A DNA stretch of 64,000 nucleotides from Eledone cirrhosa (Eukaryota). The stretch covers positions 38,936,001 through 39,000,000 of the forward strand of contig OZ024748.1 of NCBI GenBank assembly GCA_964016885.1, written 5' to 3'. Below are positions 27,788-39,200 of the stretch, piece after piece (positions within the stretch are counted from its first letter, which is position 1; each line of letters begins with the position of its first letter). Made by a program: the position numbers and the translations under genes. Under the pieces are notes generated by a model. The model had not been told where the DNA came from. It saw only the letters and a list, made by a program, of their open reading frames with translations, and searched no databases.

Positions 27788-30021
27788 TAAAATAACAGAT
27801 TAAAGTTTAAGCAAAGAATCGCTGCTTTCACCCTTAACGGGATCTTCTGAAACTAACAAAGTCAATCTGTAAACGCAGAACTGGATATTTCAAAAAACGT
27901 TGCAACCGGAGGAAGACAGGAAGACGATACTTTGGTTCGTGGTAACGTTCGCTGGCAAAGAACGGGAAAAAACGAATAATACGTCATTAATAGGAGCGGT
28001 GAAAAACAATTACACGCAAAGACAAAAGCACGTTTATGGTATAAAAGAGGTCGTAGACTAATGTTCTCTTAGGTGGTGCATAGAGACGTACTCTGGCAAT
28101 GAACGAAACAACGAAGATAATAAGTCATATGTGGAGCGTGGAGAATAATAGCACGCAAAGACAAAACCACGTAAATGGTATAGCCGAAATCGTAGACTAA
28201 AATTCTAACTAGGAGACCAAATGAATCTCCGCTACAGAGTTAAGAACAAAGTAAATAAATACAATACAGAAGTAATAGGAACAAATAAATACATACACGC
28301 AAACAGATACGTACATACACAAGCATACGCAAAACCTTACCATGGGTATACAAAACCACGGACATATAAATATGTGTGTGTGTATGCTTGTGTACAAATA
28401 AATAAATAATTATATAAACGTATATAAGTAAATAAATACGTATATAACAAGCGCACACGCATACCTACATATAAATACACGAATGTTCGGAGACGTAAGT
28501 CAACTAAAACAAGAAGTACACATATACACACACCCACCATACGTACGAACCTGCACACTCACGCGGACGCAAAACTCCCGTATACACATAGCCAAACCCT
28601 AAATACCAGAATATGTAAAAATTATACGCTATAACAGTCAAATATACGTACGAAAAGGTATACATACCTTCACAAAACATACGGGTAATATATACTTACC
28701 TATGCAAATAAGTAAAGGAATAAACAAAACATATACTTAGCTCCCACATCAAGACGTAAAATATCCACGTATAGATCGTGCTATCCGTTAGGGTATAACG
28801 TGGAGCTGTAATACAGGAAAGTTTTGTGCAATTTATGTTTACAAGCCGAAATTGCCTCAGATTTTTTGTTTAAGATGTGGTCTGTAGCGTAGAGTATTTC
28901 CAGGGCCTCAGCGGCGCAGAGGTCACAAGGTCTTTTATTTCCGTTATACGATCTAGCCCTAGCTAGGATCTCCCAGTGTAACTTATATTGGGTGTGGTTG
29001 TCTTTTAGACTCCAGATATAAGCTGAAAGTGACGTCATATTCCTTCTTAGAGGGTAACGAAAAGAATGGGTATGCATGTAAAGACGCTGCTTGAAACTAT
29101 TGGCGGTTAACCCTATGTAGGCCCTACGGGACGTGGGTGTTACAACCTTACATTTGTAGACAATGTTACTAGAGAGGCATTTCCCGGATAGGGGGCAATC
29201 AGCCCGATTCCTACAATTACAGTTAGTACAACCTACAGGGTTGCACGTGTTCCTACGGCTAGGTAGTTTAGCTAAATTTGAAGCTGTGATGTTATGTGAA
29301 AGGTAGGTTAGGAGTCGTAGAGTAAGAAATTTTAATAGTATTTCTATTAAAAATTTTACTATATTTATGTGTAGGGGGAAAATGCTTCGTAATAAGGGAA
29401 AGAAAGATCTTAGCTAATGGTGTGGCCACCTCCATATTATATGGTGGGTTAAACCAACAAATGCGACGGGATCTATTTCTTCTAGGTCTATTTTCGTACA
29501 CTGTATATGCTACCTTATCGACAAATCCACTTCGAGCAAGAGCTTCATTGTAATAAGTGGAATGGTCGTTGAAAATGCGCTCGTTGATGGAAAGACGGGA
29601 AAGCCTCAACGAAACGTTTCTTACCAGGTTCTTGGTTATGCTGGCAGGATGGTTAGAATGCTTACTTATGTAATTAAGCGTATCATTCGGCTTTCTATAC
29701 GGGTAATGCAACCCATTCAATAAATTGAGGGTAACGTCGAGGTAATTAACGACCGAGAGATTGGCCTCAACCTGTATAGAGAGGTTGAAGCCTTTAAAGA
29801 AGGCTGTGAGTTCTTTTCTGAACCTGTCGCAAGCACGAGGTCCGCACTTAGTCATGGTCAAAAGACCATCGTCACGGTACAAACCACCGCCCGCGTTGGG
29901 GAATTCGTCCTTGATAGAGAAAAGAAGGAAAAGGCCAATAAGATCAGTAACCTCCGCAGAGTCACTGGCGCCCATACTCACCGAGCCCTCTTTGGATTTT
30001 AGTCTTCAATTTTATTATTAT

Positions 30022-30024
<3 letters not shown>
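27783..30024 (-). mobile_element. Penelope-like element, 5'-truncated within RT, in (TA)n
   Basis: Coding region 28781-29981, ~1-kb 3' UTR, (TA)n flanks. Confidence 0.9.
28781..29981 (-). pseudogene. PLE reverse transcriptase and GIY-YIG endonuclease, single frameshift at ~29300
   Basis: SMGASDSAEV, GLYRDDGL, NYLDVTL, PYRKPN, SNHP, WFNPPY; after the frameshift CNCRNRADCPLSGKC, IVYKC..AYIGLT..FKQRLY, CDLC..E, LNKKSE..CKH. Confidence 0.93.
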
Positions 30025-30107
<83 letters not shown>

Positions 30108-30390
30108 GTAGAACACTGGAAGGTAATATCCGTAGTGGTAGAACACTCAGTCCATGTGACGAGTTAGGTAGAAGTGGTTATGTTTCACTTTTATTTTTGT
30201 TTTTTCAGTATCTCCCATGTTGGCTACACTTTTATTTTTGTTTTTCAAGTATCACCTAGGTTGGCTACGCACGTCCGTCAAACATAACTGATTTTCTAAC
30301 TGGAGTACTTAATTCTAAATGGATGTAGAGATAGGAAGAATGGTGTAATGTCTACATTATGGAATCGGCCATCAGCTAGGATCAATTTCG

Positions 30391-30478
30391 ACCGAGAACA
30401 ATTGTTTCACCTTACGGATGCTCAGCTCGTAATGATTACGAGCTGAGGATCCGCTAAGGTGAAACAATTGTTCTCGGT
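30391..30478. ncRNA. fold-back palindrome with hammerhead (30439-30476 plus; minus copy degenerate)
   Basis: cgag-CTGAGGA-tccgctaaggt-GAAAC-AATT-GTT-ctcg. Confidence 0.75.
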
Positions 30479-30505
30479 ATGATGAACTAACTGTTGTGTA
30501 ACCAC

Positions 30506-30648
<143 letters not shown>

Positions 30649-30834
30649 GGTGTGTGTGTGTGTCTGTGTGTGCGTGTGTGTGCGTGTGTCTGTGTATTTG
30701 TGTATATATACGTACAGATCTTTCTAAAAGAAGTTAGTTCCAGGAAATAACATGAACCTGTCCCATCCTAACCCCATAATACCACCATGTATAGAACAAC
30801 TTGAATTTAATGTCAACCTTCATAACAGACACAG

Positions 30835-31195
30835 AGAATGGCGGCACGGCGAGTTGGAGAATGGTGCCATATGTTGGTGGCGGCGAGTTGGAGAATGGTG
30901 CCATGTTTTGGTGGCGGCGAGTTGGAGAATGGTGCCACATTTTGGTGGCGGCGAGTTGGATAATGGTGCCATATTTTGGTGGCGGCGAGTTGGAGAATGG
31001 TGCCATATTTTGGTGGCGGCGAGCAGGAGGATGGTTTTGTTAATGTCCTAGTGGCGCGGTGGTGTTAATGTCCTAGTGGCGGGGTGTTGTTAATGTCCTA
31101 GTGGCGGGGTGGTGTTAATGTCCTAGTGGCGGGGTGTTGTTAATGTCCTAGTGGCGGGGTGGTGTTAATGTCCTAGTGGCGGGGTGGTGTTGATG
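30835..31195. repeat. 33-bp (~6x) and 25-bp (~6x) GC-rich minisatellites, possibly DNA-transposon subterminal repeats
   Basis: tggtggcggcgagttggagaatggtgccatatt and taatgtcctagtggcggggtggtgt units. Confidence 0.85.
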
Positions 31196-31325
31196 CCATA
31201 TTCTGTCTAATGCAGACTGTTACAATATGATAGTGTGGTTCACCCTACTATCATATTGTTGTTGATTTTTGTTGTATTTCTGTCATTGTAAAACACATAA
31301 CTCTCTCTTGTTGGAGTTTCAGATT

Positions 31326-33265
31326 GGTGTGGGCGGTGTGTGGCGGTGTGTGGCGTTGTGTGGAGGTGTGGGTAGTTGTGTGGCGATGTGTGGCGGTGTA
31401 TGGAAGTGGGGGTAGTTGTGTGGCGGTGTGTGGAGGTGTGGGTAGTTGTGTGGCGGTGTGTGAAGGTGTGGGTTGTTGTATGGCGGTGTGTGGAGGTGTG
31501 GGTTGTTGTGTGGCGGTGTGTGGAAGTGGGGGTAGTTGTGTGGCGGTGTGTGGAATTGTGGGTAGTTGTGTGGCGATGTGTGGCGGTGTGTGGAGGTGTG
31601 GGTTTTTGTGTGGCGGTGTGTGGAGGTGTGGGTAGTTGTGTGGCGGTGTGTGAAGGTGTGGGTTGTTGTATGGCGGTGTGTGGAGGTGTGGGTTGTTGTG
31701 TGGCGGTGTGTGGAGGTGGTGGTAGTTGTGTGGCGGTGTGTGGAGGTGTGGGTAGTTGTGTGGCGATGTGTGGCGGTGTGTGGAGGTGTGGGTTTTTGTG
31801 TAGCGGTGTGTGAAGGTGTGGGTTGTAGTGTGGCGGTGTGTGGCCGTGTGGGTTGTTGTGTGGCGGTGTGTGGAGGTATGGGTTGTTGTATGGCGGTGTG
31901 TGGCCGTGTGGGTTGTTGTGTGGCGGTGTGTGGACTTGTGGGTTGTTGTGTAGCGGTGTGTGGAGGTGTGGGTAGTTTAGTGGCGGTGTGTGGAGGTGTG
32001 GGTTGTTGTGTGGCGGTGTGTGGAGGTGTGGGTTGTTGTGTGGCGGTGTGTGGAGGTGTGGGTAATTGTGTGGCGGTGTGTAGCGGTGTGTGAAGGTGTG
32101 GGTTGTTGTGTGGCGGTGTGTGGACTTGTGGGTTGTTGTGTAGCGGTGTGTGGAGGAGTGGGTTGTTGTGTGGCGGAGTGTGGAGGTGTGGGTAGTTGTG
32201 TGGCGGTGTGTGAAGGTGTGGGTTGTTGTATGGCGGTGTGTGGAGGTGTGGGTAGTTTAGTGGCGGTGTGTGGAGGTGTGGGTTGTTGTGTGGCGGTGTG
32301 TGGAGGTGTGGGTTGTTGTGTGGCGGTGTGTGGAGGTGTGGGTAATTGTGTGGCGGTGTGTGGCGGTGTGTGGATGTGTGGGTTGTTGTGTGGCGGTGTG
32401 TGGCGGTGTGAGTTGTTGTGTGGCGGTGTGTGGAGGTGTGGGTTGTTATGTGGCGGTGTGTGGAGGAGTGGGTTGTTGTGTGGCGGAGTGTGGAGGTGTG
32501 GGTAGTTGTGTGGCGGTGTGTGGTGGTGTGGGTTGTTGTGTGGGTGTGTGTGGAGGTGTGTGAGGTGTGGGTTGTTGTGTGGCGATGTGTGGAGGTGTGG
32601 GTTGTTGTTTGGTGGTGTGTGGAGGTGTGGGTTGTTGTGTGGGTGTGTGTGGAGGTGTGTGAGGTGTGGGTTGTTGTGTGGCGATGTGTGGAGGTGTGGG
32701 TTGTTGTTTGGTGGTGTGTGGAGGTGTGGGTTGTTGTGTGTGTGGGCGCTGTGTGGTGGTGTGTGGAGGTGTAGGTTGTTGTGTGTGTGGGCGGTGTGTG
32801 GCGGTGTGTGGAGGTGTGGGTTGTTGTGTGGCGGTGTGTGAAGGTGTGGGATGTTGTGTGGCGGTGTGTGGAAGTGTGTGGAGGTGTAGGTTGTTGTGTG
32901 GAAGTGTGTGGATGTATGGGTAGTTGTGTGGCGGTGTGTGGAGGTGTGGGTAGTTGTGTGGCGGTGTGTGGCGGTGTGTGGAGGTGTGGGTAGATGTGTG
33001 GCGGTGTGTGGCGGTGTGTGGAGGTGTGGGTAGATGTGTGGCGGTGTGTGGAGGTGTGTGGAGGTGTGGGTTGTTGTGTGGCGGTGTGTGGAGGTGTGGG
33101 TAGTTGGGTGGAGGTGTGTGGAGGTGTGGATAGTGTATGGTGGTGTGTGTCGGTGTGGGTTGTTGTGTGTGGCGGTGTGGTTTGCTGTGTGTGTGGGCGG
33201 TGTGTGGCGGTGTATGGAAGTGTGGGTTGTTGTGTGGCGGTGTGTGGTGGTGTGGGTTTTTCTGT
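31326..33265. repeat. GT-rich satellite, 30-bp unit (3 x 10-bp subunits) TGGCGGTGTG-TGGAGGTGTG-GGTTGTTGTG
   Basis: 10/30-bp register visible. Confidence 0.95.
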
Positions 33266-36200
33266 GTGTGGCGGTGTGGGTTGTTGTGTGTGGCGGTGTG
33301 TGTTGTTGTGTGTGTGGTGTTGTGGGTTGTTGTGTGTGTGGCGTTGTGTGTTGTTGTGTGTGTGGCGGTGTGTGTTGTTGTGTGTGTGGCGTTGTGTGTT
33401 GTTGTGTGTGGCGTTGTGTGTTGTTGTGTGTGTGGCGGTGTGTGTTGTTGTGTGTGTGGCGTTGTGTGTTGTTGTGTGTGTGGCGGTGTGTGTTGTTGTG
33501 TGTGTGGCATTGTGTGTTGTTGTGTGTGTGGCGGTGTGGGTTGTTGTGTGTGTGGCGTTGTGGGTTGTTGTGTGTGGCGGTGTGTGTTGTTGTGTATGTG
33601 GCGGTGTGGGTTGTTGTGTGTGTGGCGTGGTGGGTTGTTGTGTGTGTGGCGGTGTGGGTTGTTGTGTGTGTGGCGTTGTGGGTTGTTGTGTGTGTGGCGG
33701 TCTGTGTTGTTGTGTGTGTGGCGGTGTGGGTTGTTGTGTGTGTGGCGGTGTGTGTTGTTGTGTGTGTGGCGGTGTGGGCTGTTGTGTGTGTGGCGGTGTT
33801 AGTTGTTGTGTTTGTGGCGGTGTGGGTTGTTGTGTGTGTGGCGGTGTGAGTTGTTGTGTGTGTGGCGGTGTGGGTTGTTGTGTGTGGCTGGGTGTGTTGT
33901 TGTGTGTGTGGCGGTGTGTGTTGTTGTGTGTGTGGCGGTGTGTCTTGTTGTGTGTGTGTAGCGGTGTGGGTTGTTGTGTGTGTGGCGGTGTGTGTTGTTG
34001 TGTGTGGCGGTGTGAGTTGTTGTGTGTGTGGCGGTGTGTGTTGTTGTGTGTGTGGCGGTGTGTGTTGTTGTGTGTGTGGCGTTGTGTGTTGTTGTGTGTG
34101 TGGCGGTGTGAGTTGTTGTATGTGTAGCGGTGTGGGTTGCTGTGTGTGTGGCGGTGTGTGTTGTTGTGTGTGTGGCGGTGTGTGTTGTTGTGTGTGTGGC
34201 GTTGTGTGTTGTTGTGTGTGTGGCGGTGTGGGTTGTTGTGTGTGTGGCGTTGTGTGTTGTTGTGTGTGTCGCTGTGTGGGTTGTTGTGTGTGTAGCGGTG
34301 TGGGTTGTTGTGTGTGTGGCAGTGTGGGTTGTTGTGTGTGTGGCGGTGTGAGTTGTTGTGTGTGTGGCGGTGTGTGTTGTTGTGTGTGTGGCGGTGTGTG
34401 TTGTTGTGTGTGTGGCGTTGTGTGTTGTTGTGTGTGTGGCGGTGTGGGTTGTTGTGTGTGTGGCGGTGTGTGTTGTTGTGTGTGTGGCGGTGTGTGTTGT
34501 TGTGTGTGTGGGGTTGTGGGTTGTTGTGTGTGTAGCGGTGTGGATTGTTGTGTGTGTGGCGTTGTGTGTTGTTGTGTGTGTGGCGGTGTGGGTTGTTGTG
34601 TGTGTGGCGTTGTGTGTTGTTGTGTTTGTGGCGGTATGGGTTGTTGTGTGTGTGGCGGTGTGGGTTGTTGTGAGTGTGGCGTTGTGTGTTGTTGTGTTTG
34701 TGGCGGTGTGGGTTGTTGTGTGTGTGGCGTTGTGGGTTGTTGTGAGTGTGGCGGTGTGGGTTGTTGTGTGTGTAGCGGTGTGGGTTGTTGTGTGTGTGGC
34801 GGTGTGTGTTGTTGTGTGTGTGGCGCTGTGGGTTGTTGTGTGTGTAGCGGTGTGGGTTGTTGTGTGTGTGGCGTTGTGTGTTGTTGTGTGTGTGGCGGTG
34901 TGGGTTGTTGTGTGTGTGGCGTTGTGTGTTGTTGTGTGTGTGGCGGTGTGTGTTGTTGTGTTTGTGGCGTTGTGTGTTGTTGTGTGTGTGGCGGTGTGGG
35001 TTGTTGTCTGTGTGGCGTTGTGGGTTGTTGTGTGTGTGGTGTTGTGCGTTGTTGTGTATGTGGCGGTGTGTGTTGTTGTGTGCGTGGCGTTGTGTATGTT
35101 GTGTGTGTGGCGGTGTGGGTTGTTGTGTGTGTGGCGGTGTGGGTTGTTGTGTGTGTGGCGTTGTGTGTTGTTGTGTGTGTGGCGGTGTGTGTTGTTGTGT
35201 GTGTGGCGGTGTGGGTTGTTGTGTCTGTGGCGGTGTGGGTTGTTGTGTGTGTGGCGTTGTGGGTTCTTGTGTGTGTGGCGGTGTGGGTTGTTGTGTGTGT
35301 GGCGTTGTGGGTTGTGGTGTGTGTGGCGGTGTGTGTTGTTGTGTGTGTGGCGGTGTGGGTTGTTGTGTGTGTGGCGGTGTGGGTTGTTGTCTGTGTGGCG
35401 TTGTGTGTTGTTGTGTGTTTGGCTGTGTGGGTTGTCGTGTGTGTGGCGTTGTGGGTTGTTGTGTGTGTGGCGGTGTGGGTTGTTGTGTGTGTGGCGTTGT
35501 GGGTTGTTGTGTGTGTGGCGGTGTGGGTTGTTGTGTGTGGCGGTGTGGGTTGTTGTATGTGTGGCATTGTGGGTTGTTGTGTGTGTGGCGGTGTGTGTTG
35601 TTGTGTGTGTGGCGGTGTGGGTTGTTGTGTGTGTGGCGTTGTGGGTTGTTGTGTGTGTGGCGTTGTGTGTTGTTGTGTGTGTGGCGGTGTGTCTTGTTGT
35701 GTGTGTGGCGGTGTGGGCTGTTGTGTGTGTGGCGGTGTTAGTTGTTGTGTGTGTGGTTGTGTAGGTTGTTGTGTGTGTGGCGGCGTGAGTTGTTGTGTGT
35801 GTGGCGGTGTGGGTTGTTGTGTGTGGCTGGGTGTGTTGTTGTGTGTATGGCGGTGTGTGTTGTTGTGTGTGTGGCGGTGTGTGTTGTTGTGTGTGTAGCG
35901 GTGTGGGTTGTTGGTGTGTGGCGGTGTGTGTTGTTGTGTGTGGCGGTGTGAGTTGTTGTGTGTGTGGCGGTGTGTGTTGTTGTGTGTGTGGCGGTGTGTG
36001 TTGTTGTGTGTGTGGCGTTGTGTGTCGTTGTGTGTGGCGTTGTGTGTTGTTGTGTGTGTGGCGGTGTGTGTTGTTGTGTGTGTGGCGTTGTGTGTTGTTG
36101 TGTGTGTGGCGGTGTGTGTTGTTGTGTGTGTGGCATTGTGTGTTGTTGTGTGTGTGGCGGTGTGGGTTGTTGTGTGTGTGGCGTTGTGGGTTGTTGTGTG

Positions 36201-39200
36201 TGGCGGTGTGTGTTGTTGTGTATGTGGCGGTGTGGGTTGTTGTGTGTGTGGCGTGGTGGGTTGTTGTGTGTGTGGCGGTGTGGGTTGTTGTGTGTGTGGC
36301 GTTGTGGGTTGTTGTGTGTGTGGCGGTCTGTGTTGTTGTGTGTGTGGCGGTGTGGGTTGTTGTGTGTGTGGCGGTGTGTGTTGTTGTGTGTGTGGCGGTG
36401 TGAGCTGTTGTGTGTGTGGTGGTGTTAGTTGTTGTGTTTGTGGCGGTGTGGGTTGTTGTGTGTGTGGCGGTGTGAGTTGTTGTGTGTGTGGCGGTGTGGG
36501 TTGTTGTGTATGGCTGGGTGTGTTGTTGTGTGTGTGGCGGTGTGTGTTGTTGTGTGTGTGGCGGTGTGTCTTGTTGTGTGTGTAGCGGTGTGGGTTGTTG
36601 TGTGTGTGGCGGTGTGTGTTGTTGTGTGTGGCGGTGTGAGTTGTTGTGTGTGTGGCGGAGTGTGTTGTTGTGTGTGTGGCGGTGTGTGTTGTTGTGTGTG
36701 TGGCGTTGTGTGTTGTTGTGTGTGTGACGGTGTGAGTTGTTGTATGTGTAGCGGTGTGGGTTGCTGTGTGTGTGGCGGTGTGTGTTGTTGTGTGTGTGGC
36801 GGTGTGTGTTGTTGTGTGTGTGGCGTTGTGTGTTGTTGTGTGTGTGGCGGTGTGGGTTGTTGTGTGTGTGGCGTTGTGTGTTGTTGTGTGTGTCGCTGTG
36901 TGGGTTGTTGTGTGTGTAGCGGTGTGGGTTGTTGTGTGTGTGGCAGTGTGGGTTGTTGTGTGTGTGGCGGTGTGAGTTGTTGTGTGTGTGGCGGTGTGTG
37001 TTGTTGTGTGTGTGGCGGTGTGTGTTGTTGTGTGTGTGGCGTTGTGTGTTGTTGTGTGTGTGGCGGTGTGGGTTGTTGTGTGTGTAGCGGTGTGTGTTGT
37101 TGTGTGTGTGGCGGTGTGTGTTGTTGTGTGTGTGGGGATGTGGGTTGTTGTGTGTGTAGCGGTGTGGGTTGTTGTGTGTGTGGCGTTGTGTGTTGTTGTG
37201 TGTGTGGCGGTGTGGGTTGTTGTGTGTGTGGCGTTGTGTGTTGTTGTGTTTGTGGCGGTATGGGTTGTTGTGTGTGTGGCGGTGTGGGTTGTTGTGAGTG
37301 TGGCGTTGTGTGTTGTTGTGTTTGTGGCGGTGTGGGTTGTTGTGTGTGTGGCGTTGTGGGTTGTTGTGAGTGTGGCGGTGTGGGTTGTTGTGTGTGTAGC
37401 GGTGTGGGTTGTTGTGTGTGTGGCGGTGTGGGTTGTTGTGTGTGTGGCGGTGTGTGTTGTTGTGTGTGTGGCGCTGTGGGTTGTTGTGTGTGTAGCGGTG
37501 TGGGTTGTTGTGTGTGTGGCGTTGTGTGTTGTTGTGTGTGTGGCGGTGTGGGTTGTTGTGTGTGTGGCGTTGTGTGTTTTTGTGTGTGTGGCGGTGTGTG
37601 TTGTTGTGTGTGGCGGTTGTGTTGTTGTGTGTGTGGTGGTGTGTGTTGTTGTGTTTGTGGCGGTGTGTGTTGTTGTGTGTGTGTGTGGCGTTGTGTGTTG
37701 TTGTGTGTGTGGCGTTGTGTGTTGTTGTGTGTGTGGCGTTGTGTGTTGTTGTGTGTGTGGCGGTGTGGGTTGTTGTGTGTGTGGCGTTGTGTGTTTTTGT
37801 GTGTGTGGCGGTGTGTGTTGTTGTGTGTGGCGGTTGTGTTGTTGTGTGTGTGGTGGTGTGTGTTGTTGTGTTTGTGGCGGTGTGTGTTGTTGTGTGTGTG
37901 TGGCGGTGTGGGTTGTTGTGTGTGTGGCGGTGTGTGTTGTTGTGTGTGTGGCGCTGTGGGTTGTTGTGTGTGTAGCGGTGTGGGTTGTTGTGTGTGTGGC
38001 GTTGTGTGTTGTTGTGTGTGTGGCGGTGTGGGTTGTTGTGTGTGTGGCGTTGTGTGTTTTTGTGTGTGTGGCGGTGTGTGTTGTTGTGTGTGGCGGTTGT
38101 GTTGTTGTGTGTGTGGTGGTGTGTGTTGTTGTGTTTGTGGCGGTGTGTGTTGTTGTGTGTGTGTGGCGTTGTGTGTTGTTGTGTGTGTGGCGTTGTGTGT
38201 TGTTGTGTGTGTGGCGGTGTGTGTTGTTGTGTGTGTGACGGTGTGTGTTGTTGTGTGTGTGGCGGTGTGTGTTGTTGCGTGTGGCGGTGTGTGTTGTTGT
38301 GTGTGTGTGGCGGTGTGTGTTGTTGTGTGTGTGGCGGTGTTGGTTGTTGTGTGTGTGGTGGTGTGTGTTGTTGTGTGTGTGGCGGTGTGTGTTGTTGTGT
38401 GTGTGGTGGTGTGTGTTGTTGTGTGTGTGGCGGTGTGTGTTGTTGTGTGTGTGGTGGTGTGTGTTGTTGTGTGTGTGGTGGTGTGTGTTGTTGTGTGTGT
38501 GGTGGTGTGTGTTGTTGTGTGTGTGTCGGTGTGGGTTGTTGTGTGTGCGGGGGTTTGGCTTGTTGTGTGTGTGGTGGTGTGTGTTGTTGTGTGTGTGGCG
38601 GTGTGTGTTGTTGTGTGTGTGGTGGTGTGTGTTGTTGTGTGTGTAGCGGTTGTGTTGTTGTGTGTGTGGCTGTGTGTGTTGTTCTGTGTGTGGTGGTGTG
38701 TGTTGTCGTGTGTGTGGTGGTGTGGGTTGTTGTGTGTGGGGTGTGTGTTGCTGTGTGTGTAGCGCTGTGGGTTGTTGTGTGTGTGGCGGTTGTGTTGTTG
38801 TGTGTGCGGTGGTGTGGGTTGTTGTGTGTGTGGTGGTGTGTGTTGTTGTGTGTGTGGTGGTGTGGGTTGTTGTGTGTGTGTGGCATTGTGTGTTGTTGTG
38901 TGTGTGTGGCAGTATGGGTTGTTGTGTGTGTGGCGGTGTGTGTTGTTGTGTGTGTGGCGTTGTGTGTTGTTGTGTGTGTGGCGTTGTGTGTTGTTGTGTG
39001 TGGCGGTGTGTGTTGTTGTGTGTGTGGTGGTGTGTGTTGTTGTGTGTGTGGCGTTGTGTGTTGTTGTGTGTGGCGGTGTGAGTTGTTGTGTGTGTGGTGG
39101 TGTGGGTTGTTGTGTGTGTGCGGCATTGTGTGTTGTTGTGTGTGTGTGGGAGTATGGGTTGTTGTGTGTGTGGCGGTGTGTGTTGTTGTGTGTGTGGCGT

